Shown here: positions 55,415 through 64,000 of the stretch, piece after piece
Position numbering within the stretch: position 1 is the first letter of the stretch
Layout: the number at the start of each line of letters is the position of its first letter
From: Pseudobdellovibrionaceae bacterium
Lineage (GTDB): Bacteria > Bdellovibrionota > Bdellovibrionia > Bdellovibrionales > UBA1609
Reading direction: 5' to 3'
Assembly (NCBI GenBank): GCA_018663505.1
Contig: JABJQG010000053.1
Location: 80,239 to 144,238 of the forward strand
DNA length: 64,000 nucleotides
Program-made: the position numbers and the translations under genes
The notes under the pieces: generated by a model
The model's input: only the letters and a program-made list of their open reading frames with translations
The model's database searches: none
Told to the model about the DNA's origin: nothing

Positions 55415-56734
55415 TTAACCTAAATACCTTTGTAGCCTCTCTATCTTCTCTTGTACCCCCTCCATAATCACAGTCAAAATTTTTTCGGGAAAATCTTTTG
55501 GCACAGAGATATTATCACGGAGGCCATCCGCACATTTTAGAATTTCTTCCAAATTTTGAGTCAGTTTTTTTTGTGGAATTCCATATTTTTTTGCAGACTC
55601 AAAAAAGTGCCGGGGTTCAATTTTAAAAAGACGATAATGCCTCTTGTCTCCTACTGCCATAGCCATCTTCGCTTGCTTTTGTTGAATTTGCTTATCTTTT
55701 AATGCTGGATAAACGCTGAGTACATCATAAAACGGGGTCATTTTAAATCCCGCAGAAGTCATTTGCACACTAAAGTTCTTCCCATGACCATCAATAGCTC
55801 CTAATAACCAGTAAATTACATTAGCTTTCAGAAATTGCATACGATCGTTTACTCGTTCATCTGAATCATTCAGTAAATTTAAAATATCTTTAAACCCCGG
55901 ACGAACACCCGTGGCCTCTCTATGCTCGGCCTCATACTTTAAGTGCGAAGGAACCCCCAATGCCTGACACATGTCCTCTTGAGGAATTCGAATGAGTTTA
56001 TTTTTTGTCTTCCACCTACGATCAAAACGTTCCACCACTAAGCAACGTACATCTTCAAACTCATGAATTTCAGCGTGGTTCACTGATAGGCCAAAAGCCT
56101 CACATAACTTTAAACAAAGCCACTCGTTTTCCACACTAGTTCTTAAATCAATACCATTGTGTAAAATGCCCATGCTGGGTTTAAAAATATGAGTGGTGGG
56201 TGTGGTGCCTAAAGGCAGCTTCCACTGTCCCTCATGAAACAACAATGCTGTCTTTTCTTGAGCTCCAGCCACAGATATGCGAAAGGCTTCATCATCATCT
56301 GAAGAACGAATCCCCAATGGACTGGTCTTGAGTTCTTTTATTATTTTGGCTATACGAGCTTCCGAAAGATTCTCTGCCATAATCTTATGTGAATACTTCA
56401 CATCTTTGGAACTTGTGATTCTTAAAGCTCCCACACAATCCCCGCCTATAGCCTTCAACAAATCAAAAGGAGTATCACTTTCAGCTTGAACATTTGTAGC
56501 TAATTTTTTTCGTATATCCACACTATCTGGCAAAAGATTATCAAAAAAGTTATATACCTCAGGTCCAGAATACCTCTCTCTCTCCAAACCCAAAGATAAA
56601 GAAATAGGAATAGCCTCTGACTGTTTCAACCAAGATGGATCATAGGAAAAACTCATAGCTCCTGTACCTTTTTTTACCAAGGTGCCCACTAGATTTTCTT
56701 CTAGGTATACAAATAAATCCTCAGACCGGGCCAT
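55415..56734 (-). CDS. hipA: HipA-family serine/threonine kinase toxin
   Basis: 439 aa. N-terminal LFVYLEENLVGTL...FSYDPSWL and the C-terminal kinase core (DGHGKNFS) are typical of HipA. It lies 3 nt downstream of hipB. Confidence 0.9.
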   Translation of the reverse strand: MARSEDLFVYLEENLVGTLVKKGTGAMSFSYDPSWLKQSEAIPISLSLGLERERYSGPEVYNFFDNLLPDSVDIRKKLATNVQAESDTPFDLLKAIGGDCVGALRITSSKDVKYSHKIMAENLSEARIAKIIKELKTSPLGIRSSDDDEAFRISVAGAQEKTALLFHEGQWKLPLGTTPTTHIFKPSMGILHNGIDLRTSVENEWLCLKLCEAFGLSVNHAEIHEFEDVRCLVVERFDRRWKTKNKLIRIPQEDMCQALGVPSHLKYEAEHREATGVRPGFKDILNLLNDSDERVNDRMQFLKANVIYWLLGAIDGHGKNFSVQMTSAGFKMTPFYDVLSVYPALKDKQIQQKQAKMAMAVGDKRHYRLFKIEPRHFFESAKKYGIPQKKLTQNLEEILKCADGLRDNISVPKDFPEKILTVIMEGVQEKIERLQRYLG

Positions 56735-56737
56735 TTA

Positions 56738-56953
56738 TTATCTCCTTTGATCCAGTGTCAGCTCTAAATCCAAAGCAGCAATAACCTTAAAAAGCGTCAA
56801 CAGTGTGGGGCTAACCTCCCCCTTTTCTATGCGCGCAATGGCCTGCTGAGTTAGCCCCGTCTCCTCTGCTAACTCTCTCTGACTCCACCCTTTCTCTAAA
56901 CGTTGCTGCCGTAAACGACCAACTAACTGTTTGTAACTTCTTATCTTTCTCAT
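56738..56953 (-). CDS. hipB: HipB-like XRE-family HTH antitoxin
   Basis: LRQQRLEKGWSQRELAEETGLTQQAIARIEKGEVSPTLLTLFKVIAALDLEL is a classic Cro/C1 HTH. It sits directly upstream of hipA. Confidence 0.88.
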   Translation of the reverse strand: MRKIRSYKQLVGRLRQQRLEKGWSQRELAEETGLTQQAIARIEKGEVSPTLLTLFKVIAALDLELTLDQRR

Positions 56954-56973
56954 TTAGATACTCACCAGGTTAA

Positions 56974-57043
56974 ACATCATATATGCTGTAAATCTAACAT
57001 ACATCAAATATGATGTAACAGCAATATACAACATATCTGATGT
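56974..57043. promoter_or_regulatory. Three ACATCA-N4-TGATGT-type palindromes upstream of hipB (candidate HipB operators)
   Basis: ACATCAtataTGCTGT at 56974-56989, ACATCAaataTGATGT at 57001-57016 (perfect), ACAACAtatcTGATGT at 57028-57043. Spacing is 27 bp centre to centre. Confidence 0.55.
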
Positions 57044-57185
57044 AAGAAAAACTAGACATATGGTCGCCTCAGCGTAAGTTACATAAGGTGCAGACTACTA
57101 ACAGTAGAGGAGGGGCTATGAATGAGGTCCTCAAAAATAAGGGGGATAGCCAACATTGAAAAAGTAAATCTATTTAACATTAAGC

Positions 57186-57521
57186 TTAACTATGGTCTTT
57201 TTTAATGATATCCACCTCAGCAGTTATCTTAAACTTATGCTCTTCCACAAATTTAGAGGCTTCTGAAACTAAATCAATCTGATTAATGATTTTTAAAACT
57301 TCTTTGGTCACAATATTCATCATTTCATCTTTTGATTTTTGAGCACCTTGCAAAACAAGGTTTGCCACATCTTTTGGTAACTTAAGTTCATGTACATAGT
57401 TACGTATGCCCTCTTCAGTCATAAAAGCGGCGCCAAACCCCATGGTGACCACTTTTTTTAAAGCATCGCCTAGGGCAAATCTTTCAGATTCTTCGGATTT
57501 CGAGTTCTTCTTATTTTCCAT
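57186..57521 (-). CDS. Small phasin-like protein (COG3937-like), tentative
   Basis: LGDALKKVVTMGFGAAFMTEEGIRNYVHELKLPKDVANLVLQGAQKSKDEMMNIV resembles PHA-granule regulator/phasin-like proteins. It overlaps the upstream SRPBCC gene by 11 nt. Confidence 0.4.
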   Translation of the reverse strand: MENKKNSKSEESERFALGDALKKVVTMGFGAAFMTEEGIRNYVHELKLPKDVANLVLQGAQKSKDEMMNIVTKEVLKIINQIDLVSEASKFVEEHKFKITAEVDIIKKDHS

Positions 57522-57945
57522 AAACTTCTTTTATTCTTTTATGGTAAGAGCTAATCATGTTGGGTAAATTCACACTCACTAAACCCTTTGCAATGGGACT
57601 GGGCACAAAGCCTTTAAACTTGGCCTCAACCTTGTAATGAGCTTGGACCTTGCCACCGTCCACTTCCTTTAACTCCCAAGAACCATTAGATAGTTTAAAA
57701 ATATCACCCGAGTCAAAAACCCAACTAATTTTATCCGTACCTTCTTCTTTCATCCATAGCTGGTATGAGAAACTCTTGATTACAGATACCGAGTATTTAA
57801 CTAGCTTCTTGTCTCCATCTGTTTCCACAACACTACATTCTTTAACTTCGGCTAAAAATTCTGGATATTTTTCATAATCAGAAATGATTTTAAAAAATTC
57901 ATCTTTTGTACAATTAAAAACCTCAGTGGTCTCTGCGCTAGCCAT
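57511..57945 (-). CDS. SRPBCC (cyclase/dehydrase, START-like) family protein
   Basis: 144 aa. FNCTKDEFFKIISDYEKYPEFLAEVKECSVV...W.L pattern of polyketide_cyc2/RatA-like proteins. Confidence 0.7.
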   Translation of the reverse strand: MASAETTEVFNCTKDEFFKIISDYEKYPEFLAEVKECSVVETDGDKKLVKYSVSVIKSFSYQLWMKEEGTDKISWVFDSGDIFKLSNGSWELKEVDGGKVQAHYKVEAKFKGFVPSPIAKGLVSVNLPNMISSYHKRIKEVYGK

Positions 57946-57960
57946 ATAATTATCCTTTCA

Positions 57961-58320
57961 TTATCGAGCTGCTATACAATCTTTCATATCAGTAATCAGT
58001 TGGTTAAATTGCTTTTCTAAGCTTTTAGAATTACCCGCAATTTGCCCAGCTATAATTCCCAAAATTTCCGACTCTTTATTCATGAAATTAAAAAAATCAG
58101 GAGTAACCGTTACTGTTTGGCCTTCCCAATTATTAAAATATGAGTACCATTTACCAACTTCCTTAGACTCCGTCATCACAAATTCCACAATATTCTTCTC
58201 GTGCTTTCTAGCAGATTGAGAATAATCTAATAAAGCATTAATTTCTTCTCCACAATCAGAGGCACTCACTTGAAAATGTACTGTTAGCATAAATACAACT
58301 AGCGCTAATAATTTCATCAT
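57961..58320 (-). CDS. Small secreted protein of unknown function
   Basis: The probable start is MMKLLALVVFMLTV after a GGGGGA RBS. The track start at 58368 adds 16 unlikely residues. Confidence 0.5.
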   Translation of the reverse strand: MMKLLALVVFMLTVHFQVSASDCGEEINALLDYSQSARKHEKNIVEFVMTESKEVGKWYSYFNNWEGQTVTVTPDFFNFMNKESEILGIIAGQIAGNSKSLEKQFNQLITDMKDCIAAR

Positions 58321-58442
58321 CCACATTCCCCCAGATATATAGAATAAAAATTTGCAAAATATATGCATAGCTCAATATGCTAAACTTTAAGCAATTACTC
58401 AGAAGATCTAGGAATATTTTGCCTAGATCATTTTTATTAGTT

Positions 58443-60119
58443 TTACTTACTCACCTTGCGATACTTAAACTTCTTGGGATTTTCGATATAATCACCTAGA
58501 CGTTTTTTTCTATCCTCTTCATATTCTGTAAAGTTGCCATTATAAAACTCCACATGACTATCACCCTCAAATGCAAGAATATGGGTACATATTCTATCTA
58601 AAAACCATCTATCATGACTGATCACTACCGCACAGCCGCCAAACTCCAAAAGGGCTTCTTCCAAAGCTCTCATGGTATTAACATCCAAGTCATTTGTGGG
58701 CTCATCTAGTAATAATACGTTTGCTTGCTCTTTTAAAAGCTTGGCCATATACACACGGTTGCGTTCTCCACCAGACAGGGCCCCCACTTTTTTCTGTTGA
58801 GTTGTTCCTGCAAAGTTAAAACGAGCCACATAATTTCGAGAGTTTACTTCTCGGTTACCTAGCATGATCACATCTTGTTTTTCAGAAATCTCTTCCCAAA
58901 CAGTTTTGTTATCATCTAAAGGACGAGACTGATCCACGAAGGCAAGCTTCACTGTGCTTCCCACATTAAACTCTCCTTCATCAGGCTTTTCTTGACCGGT
59001 AATCAAACGAAATAAAGTGGTTTTACCAGCACCATTGGGCCCAATAACACCCACAATGCCACCTTTGGGTAGACTAAAATTTAAATTCTCAAAAAGCAGT
59101 TTATCATCATAGGCCTTCTTTACAGCTTTAGCCTCAACCACGAGCTCACCTAAGCGTGGACCTGGTGGGATGTAAATTTGCATTTCAGATAATTTTTCCT
59201 TAGCCGGTTCTTTTAAAAGGTTTTCATATGACGACAGCCTAGCTTTTGCTTTAGCTTGTCGGCCTCTTGGGCTCATACGCACCCAATCCAGCTCACGCTG
59301 TAAAGTCTTGCTTCTTTTATCATCTGTTTTTTGCTCTTTAGACAATCTATTTTCTTTTTGCTCCAGCCAAGAAGAATAATTTCCTTTCCAAGGGATCCCT
59401 TCTCCACGGTCGAGCTCTAAAATCCACCCAGCAACGTTGTCTAAGAAATAACGATCATGGGTAACGGCAATAACTGTACCTGGAAATTTATCTAAAAAAT
59501 GTTCTAGCCAAGCCACCGACTCTGCATCCAAGTGGTTAGTTGGCTCATCTAAAAGTAAAATGTCGGGATTAGACAAAAGCAGTCGAGCCAGTGCCACACG
59601 ACGTTTCTCCCCACCAGATAGTTTATCAACAGTCGAATCACCTGCGGGGCATTGTAGCGCAGTCATAGCTTGATCCAGCTTTTGATCCACTTCCCAACCA
59701 TCCAGAGCTTCAATTTTTTCCTGAATATCACCTTGCTTATTAATAAGCTCTTCCATTTTTTCCGGCGTAATATTTTCATCACAAAGTTCAGTGCTAATGC
59801 TGTTAAAATCTTCTAAATATTTTGGCAACTCCCCAAGTCCATCCATCACGTTCTCACGAACAGTCTTAGCTTCATCCAATTCTGGCTCTTGAGTTAAATA
59901 GCCTAAGCGGTAATCTTTAGCCGGAAAAGACTCTCCTAAAAAATCATCATCCTTGCCTGCTATAATGTTTAGCAAGCTTGATTTCCCAGATCCATTCAAA
60001 CCTAAAACACCAATTTTAGCACCATAAAAGTAAGACAAGTAAATGTCCTTTAAAACATACTTATTAGGAGGGTAAACCTTACTTACCCCTTTCATTGTAT
60101 AAATGATTTCTTCTGACAT
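58443..60119 (-). CDS. ettA: ABC-F translational throttle protein EttA
   Basis: Two ABC cassettes (GLNGSGKSS / LSGGEKRR; GPNGAGKTT / LSGGERNR). N-terminus IIYTMKGVSKVYPPNKYVLKDIYLSYFYGAKIGVLG is typical of EttA. Confidence 0.94.
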   Translation of the reverse strand: MSEEIIYTMKGVSKVYPPNKYVLKDIYLSYFYGAKIGVLGLNGSGKSSLLNIIAGKDDDFLGESFPAKDYRLGYLTQEPELDEAKTVRENVMDGLGELPKYLEDFNSISTELCDENITPEKMEELINKQGDIQEKIEALDGWEVDQKLDQAMTALQCPAGDSTVDKLSGGEKRRVALARLLLSNPDILLLDEPTNHLDAESVAWLEHFLDKFPGTVIAVTHDRYFLDNVAGWILELDRGEGIPWKGNYSSWLEQKENRLSKEQKTDDKRSKTLQRELDWVRMSPRGRQAKAKARLSSYENLLKEPAKEKLSEMQIYIPPGPRLGELVVEAKAVKKAYDDKLLFENLNFSLPKGGIVGVIGPNGAGKTTLFRLITGQEKPDEGEFNVGSTVKLAFVDQSRPLDDNKTVWEEISEKQDVIMLGNREVNSRNYVARFNFAGTTQQKKVGALSGGERNRVYMAKLLKEQANVLLLDEPTNDLDVNTMRALEEALLEFGGCAVVISHDRWFLDRICTHILAFEGDSHVEFYNGNFTEYEEDRKKRLGDYIENPKKFKYRKVSK

Positions 60120-60251
60120 GATAACCTTCTTTGCTTAAGTTTTAATACTTATTCGTATACCCAATGCCACTAATTAATTCAATGAAATCAATTAAATAAG
60201 TGCGGTCTTTTCTCTTGTCTTTTCATTTATTATCAAGCATTCTTTTGCCCT

Positions 60252-60437
60252 ATGGCAAAAGCAAAACCTCCACAATTCAATATCAAATCTTTATGTGAAA
60301 ACTTAGAAAACGCTATTAGCGAATTTGATAATACTGTGGCTGAAAAGCCAGAAAAAAAGAAAATGCTAGAAGCTAAAAAGCCGGAAATAGAAAAGACCTT
60401 TAAAAAGCTCAAAACGCTTCTCGAAGAGTTGAGTTAA
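60252..60437 (+). CDS. Small K/E-rich hypothetical protein
   Basis: 61-aa ORF followed by a terminator-like hairpin. No other support. Confidence 0.3.
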   Translation: MAKAKPPQFNIKSLCENLENAISEFDNTVAEKPEKKKMLEAKKPEIEKTFKKLKTLLEELS

Positions 60438-60498
60438 CTTAATTACTCATCCTGGCTATAACTAAACCAATCCTCTAATCAATCGCTCATATGGGAAT

Positions 60499-60530
60499 AA
60501 AAAAAGGCCATATAATATATGACCTTTTTT
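60499..60530. terminator. Bidirectional terminator-like hairpin
   Basis: AAAAAAGGCCATATA-a-TATATGACCTTTTTT has one mismatch in the stem. It lies between convergent genes. Confidence 0.5.
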
Positions 60531-60555
60531 CTAAATTTGAATTTAAATGGACTGC

Positions 60556-61278
60556 TTAAAGAGCTATTGCGCCCATCCAATCATCTTGTACTACTGAAAA
60601 GACAGGGTTGATGTCTTTAGCTTTTAAAAAGCGTTCAAATCTATGGACTTGGCTCCAAGCTTTTGAAGATCTATGCACACCCAACTTAGCCTCTCCATAA
60701 GCAAGTACTTTACAAGTGTCTTTGTCTGCTATAAGCACATCTAGCTCACCCATAGCTGATGACCCTTTAAATTCACGGTACTGCAAAGAGCCTGTTACAA
60801 AAACATTTAAGTTATCAGCATCAAAGCTTTTTTGTAACGCCACGTGAGCCAAGAGTTCTAGCACTTCACCTTCTGAACCAAAACGAAACCCACGTACTTT
60901 GTGAGAATCCATTAAAGCATTAAAGTTTTTTGTTAATTCTTCACTTTTAGCAATATGAGTTTTATCCTGATCACTGATTGAACCGTTTTTAACATAACTT
61001 TTCATTACATACCAAAGGTAGTTAGCATTACCTCTATTGAGTGGATATTGAAAAGTGAATCTTGATCGTCCATTTTTGGCTTTTAAGGATATTGTAAACA
61101 TCTCTAAAGCAGACACATCAAAATGTGATAAAACTGTGGTTTTACAATGTTGTGGCACCGTTTTGTCATCTTTCAAATTATCAAAGTATGTACTTGATAA
61201 TAACGTTTGATGAAAAAATAATACGAAAAAACTCACCGAGATAACAAAGTATCTTTGTAATAACTGACCCACACCCAC
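60556..61278 (-). CDS. Hypothetical protein with a possible PD-(D/E)xK nuclease-like core and a hydrophobic N-terminus
   Basis: GSEGEVLELLA ... GELDVLIADKDTCKVLAYGEAKLG fits an E...D...ExK arrangement. GTG start. Confidence 0.3.
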   Translation of the reverse strand: MGVGQLLQRYFVISVSFFVLFFHQTLLSSTYFDNLKDDKTVPQHCKTTVLSHFDVSALEMFTISLKAKNGRSRFTFQYPLNRGNANYLWYVMKSYVKNGSISDQDKTHIAKSEELTKNFNALMDSHKVRGFRFGSEGEVLELLAHVALQKSFDADNLNVFVTGSLQYREFKGSSAMGELDVLIADKDTCKVLAYGEAKLGVHRSSKAWSQVHRFERFLKAKDINPVFSVVQDDWMGAIAL

Positions 61279-61642
61279 CCCTTTAAATTTGTTGGCCCAA
61301 ATAGTTTGGACACATTGAAATTAACGGCTAGGAACACAGGGTTCAAGATTTTTTTTGTAATATTTTCAATTTTATAGGTAATTATTATAAAAACCTAACA
61401 TTTAAAGGTGTATTAGGTACTTTCTCCCCTTTTCTGCAACACAGCATGCATGAAATTTCAGCCACAACACAATATAGACCTTCAGGGGCCTTAAACCCAC
61501 AGGTTGCTAACCCAGAAAGAGACATTCTTCACACCTGTCTTATTTTTAGAATTCACAGGAAAATCATAAACACTAACTGCAGCAAAGCCGAAGTGCTCAT
61601 TAAGACAAATTTAAATATAAAATATCCTAAACAAGAGGGCTT

Positions 61643-63058
61643 ATGAAAAAATTGAAGATTCACTGTGACACAAATTTCCCCACACTACTTAAAATATACG
61701 ACGAAGAATTTTTAGTAATTGCTTATTCTGCACATGGAATTTGGGTAGAAAAAGATTCTTTTAATTTTGAAAACTTTGATTTTTCCATGGTCTTAAACTC
61801 TCACGGACATAAAGATCATATGGAAGGTCGTGCTTTAAAAACCAATGAAATTTCTGATAATGGAAAGTATGAATATATTGAATTCAACCAGCTGGATCCT
61901 GCTGCTTTTACTCTTTATAAAAATTTCTATCACTTAAAAATTCCAAAAATAAAAGCTAAAGATATCATGGTTGAGAATCCGTTCTGTGTGGTGGAAACAA
62001 AATCCTTAAGTGACACTATTAAAGAAATGAATGCACTTAATATAGGTTCTGTGCTAATTACCAATAGCAGGCAACAAGTCATTGGTATATTTACCGAACG
62101 TGATGCACTCACAAAACACCATAAAATTAAATCGCATGATCACCCAATCTCTGAATTTATGACTCAAAACGTAGAAGTCCTAGATGAGGATTTAACTTTG
62201 CACGATATATACTTTAAATTTAAACACGTCAGTTTTCGCCATTTCCCGATTGTTGATCCTGACACAAAGGCCGCTGTGGGAATGATCTCCATGCGTGATA
62301 TAATGAAGTTTTGGAATATTATCGTTGAGTCAGAAAGAATGATGCTGAAATCAAAATATGAGAAAGCAATGAGTGTTATTGTCCACGACCTAAGAAGCCC
62401 AATTTATGCCATCAAATCCATAAACGACCTTTTAGTGAGCAACCTTTCATCTGCTGATGAATATGTCAGTGATGAGTACCCTCCCATCATAGAAGATACC
62501 TGCAATAAAATGGCACATCTCATTGATGAGCTTTTAGAAATTTCCACAAAAAAACATGGCGAGATTACATTAAAACTAATTCCTACAGATATCACAAAAC
62601 TAACAGAGAATACTGTAAATATGTTTCTTCCCGGAGCTAAAGCTAAAAACATACATCTGTATTTTAAGAAAATCGATGATCTACAAAAAATCAATCTTGA
62701 TCCACAAAGGTTTGTAGAGATTTTTCAGAATCTTATTAGCAATGGTATCAAATATTCCAGTTCTGGTTCTTTTGTAGAAATCAGTATGGATAAAACACCT
62801 TCAAACTTACTTATTAAAGTAAAAGACTCTGGCCAAGGTATCTCCCAAGAGGAAATACCAAATCTATTTAATGAATTAGCAAGTATTAGCTCTCGTCCCA
62901 CAGCCAACGAGGCAAGTACAGGACTCGGACTTTTTATTACTAAACAGATGGTCGAAGCCCATGGTGGAGAAATTACTGCAGAAAGTGAAAAAGGTGTTGG
63001 TACTACTTTTATGATTTCTCTACCTATCTCTGAGGATCAAAGAAAAATAGCGGCTTAG
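61643..63058 (+). CDS. Cytoplasmic histidine kinase with a CBS-pair sensor domain
   Basis: CBS pair (IMVENPFCVVETKSLSDTIKEMNALNIGSVLI...; FMTQNVEVLDEDLTLHDIYFKF...FPIVD). H-box VHDLRSPI, NLISNGIKYS, DSGQGI, GLGLFI. Confidence 0.88.
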   Translation: MKKLKIHCDTNFPTLLKIYDEEFLVIAYSAHGIWVEKDSFNFENFDFSMVLNSHGHKDHMEGRALKTNEISDNGKYEYIEFNQLDPAAFTLYKNFYHLKIPKIKAKDIMVENPFCVVETKSLSDTIKEMNALNIGSVLITNSRQQVIGIFTERDALTKHHKIKSHDHPISEFMTQNVEVLDEDLTLHDIYFKFKHVSFRHFPIVDPDTKAAVGMISMRDIMKFWNIIVESERMMLKSKYEKAMSVIVHDLRSPIYAIKSINDLLVSNLSSADEYVSDEYPPIIEDTCNKMAHLIDELLEISTKKHGEITLKLIPTDITKLTENTVNMFLPGAKAKNIHLYFKKIDDLQKINLDPQRFVEIFQNLISNGIKYSSSGSFVEISMDKTPSNLLIKVKDSGQGISQEEIPNLFNELASISSRPTANEASTGLGLFITKQMVEAHGGEITAESEKGVGTTFMISLPISEDQRKIAA

Positions 63059-63093
63059 TTTAAAGTACGAATACACATGGCAAAAGTACATTC

Positions 63094-63894
63094 TTACAAA
63101 ACCAACACACTTTTAAGTGCTAAAATAAAAACAATTATTAGAAGTAACCGACGCCTTAAAATATTTGTTACTAAGTGTTGATACTTAGTAAAAATAGATG
63201 CCACAAACATGCCCGATAAGAATAATTCAATGGAAACTCCAAAATGCACATAGCCCCACTGCATATTATTAAAATCTGGAGAGCCATTTAAAAACGAGAT
63301 CATGCCGAAAAAAGTGGTCCATAACATCACAGCATTTGTTGTGGGTGTAATTTTATGAGAGTCCATATATTTTAACTTCATAAAATATCCCCCTAAAATA
63401 AGTCCGGAACCTATACCTGTTAAACCAGATACACCGCCCGCTACTAATGCCCACATCATCACGCTTAGCAATACGGAACGATTATTAAAATCAAAATTCT
63501 CAGTTGTTTTCTCTGTATTAGCAGTGCCTTTGTCCGTTTTTTTCTTGGTATAAATCAAGAAAAATACCATGAACAACACCACTATAAAAAGATATTGCAA
63601 AAAAATTTCTTCCAAACGAACAGATAATTTAGCTGCAATATATGCCGCTAAACCTGTTACAGGTCCCATTATTATGGCAATATTTTTCTGCACTAAACCC
63701 TGTCTGTAGAATCGATAACTATTCAGCAGGACAACAAAAAATATTGAGCAAATAGAGGTGGCAATAACCTCTGAAGGGGGCATAGGGTAAATTAATGTGA
63801 GCAGGGGCACAATAAATAATCCGCCCCCGAGGCCCAAAAAGGCTGTACTGAGCCCAATGACTGTTCCTAAAAGAATGAGGTATATATGTTCCAA
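63094..63894 (-). CDS. TauE/SafE-family (sulfite exporter-like) membrane protein
   Basis: About 8 TM segments. GLGGGLFIVPLL near the N-terminus and GIGSGLILGGY in the second half are typical TauE repeats. TTG start. Confidence 0.8.
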   Translation of the reverse strand: MEHIYLILLGTVIGLSTAFLGLGGGLFIVPLLTLIYPMPPSEVIATSICSIFFVVLLNSYRFYRQGLVQKNIAIIMGPVTGLAAYIAAKLSVRLEEIFLQYLFIVVLFMVFFLIYTKKKTDKGTANTEKTTENFDFNNRSVLLSVMMWALVAGGVSGLTGIGSGLILGGYFMKLKYMDSHKITPTTNAVMLWTTFFGMISFLNGSPDFNNMQWGYVHFGVSIELFLSGMFVASIFTKYQHLVTNILRRRLLLIIVFILALKSVLVL

Positions 63895-64000
63895 GTGTTA
63901 TCTTCTTAAGTTATGTAGGGGAATTAGTTAAAAGCGCTCCATAGATAGGTGAGCATCATTTGTGATCTATGGCTCAGCAGATCCCACCACAAATTTATAT

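Noticed and set aside
61446-61646. Track ORF 61446..61646(+), and ORF 16361..16615(+)
   Set aside because: They have no RBS and odd composition. The first overlaps the promoter region of the CBS-kinase gene, and the second overlaps the 3-prime end of the C1B peptidase gene on the opposite strand.

Overview
This is an AT-rich (roughly 35-40% GC by eye), densely coding bacterial chromosomal window. I found no rRNA, tRNA or CRISPR array. Housekeeping anchors are glnS, ahcY, map, orn, recG, ettA and a dCMP deaminase. An unusually large share of products carry Sec signal peptides or lipoboxes. These include peptidases (S8 subtilase, S1-like, C1B-like, a protein with two HExxH modules) and repeat-type surface proteins (Ig-like, LRR, collagen-like). 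There are also three histidine kinases with no adjacent response regulator. This content fits a predatory Bdellovibrio-like (Bacteriovoracaceae-type) genome, but that is inference only. The best candidate for an undescribed system is a six-gene, translationally coupled operon (970-7318) encoding only secreted proteins. It contains two clear paralogues plus an LRR protein, and I cannot place products 1-5 in any family. Other notable observations: (a) an islet (11833-14763) with an HNH gene, an orphan HigA-like antidote gene, three long microsatellites (6-, 8- and 4-nt units) and CCCCGGGG-core palindromes; (b) a DUF1538-type membrane protein with two P-II-like proteins; (c) a hipBA module bracketed by 63-bp direct repeats, with a decayed second copy of its 5-prime end 3.9 kb away; (d) a MITE-like inverted-repeat element at the 3-prime end of an MMPL gene and a 27-bp perfect hairpin upstream of recG; (e) a histone-H1-like/SWIB fusion protein. 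All family assignments come from motif recognition by eye, not from database searches.
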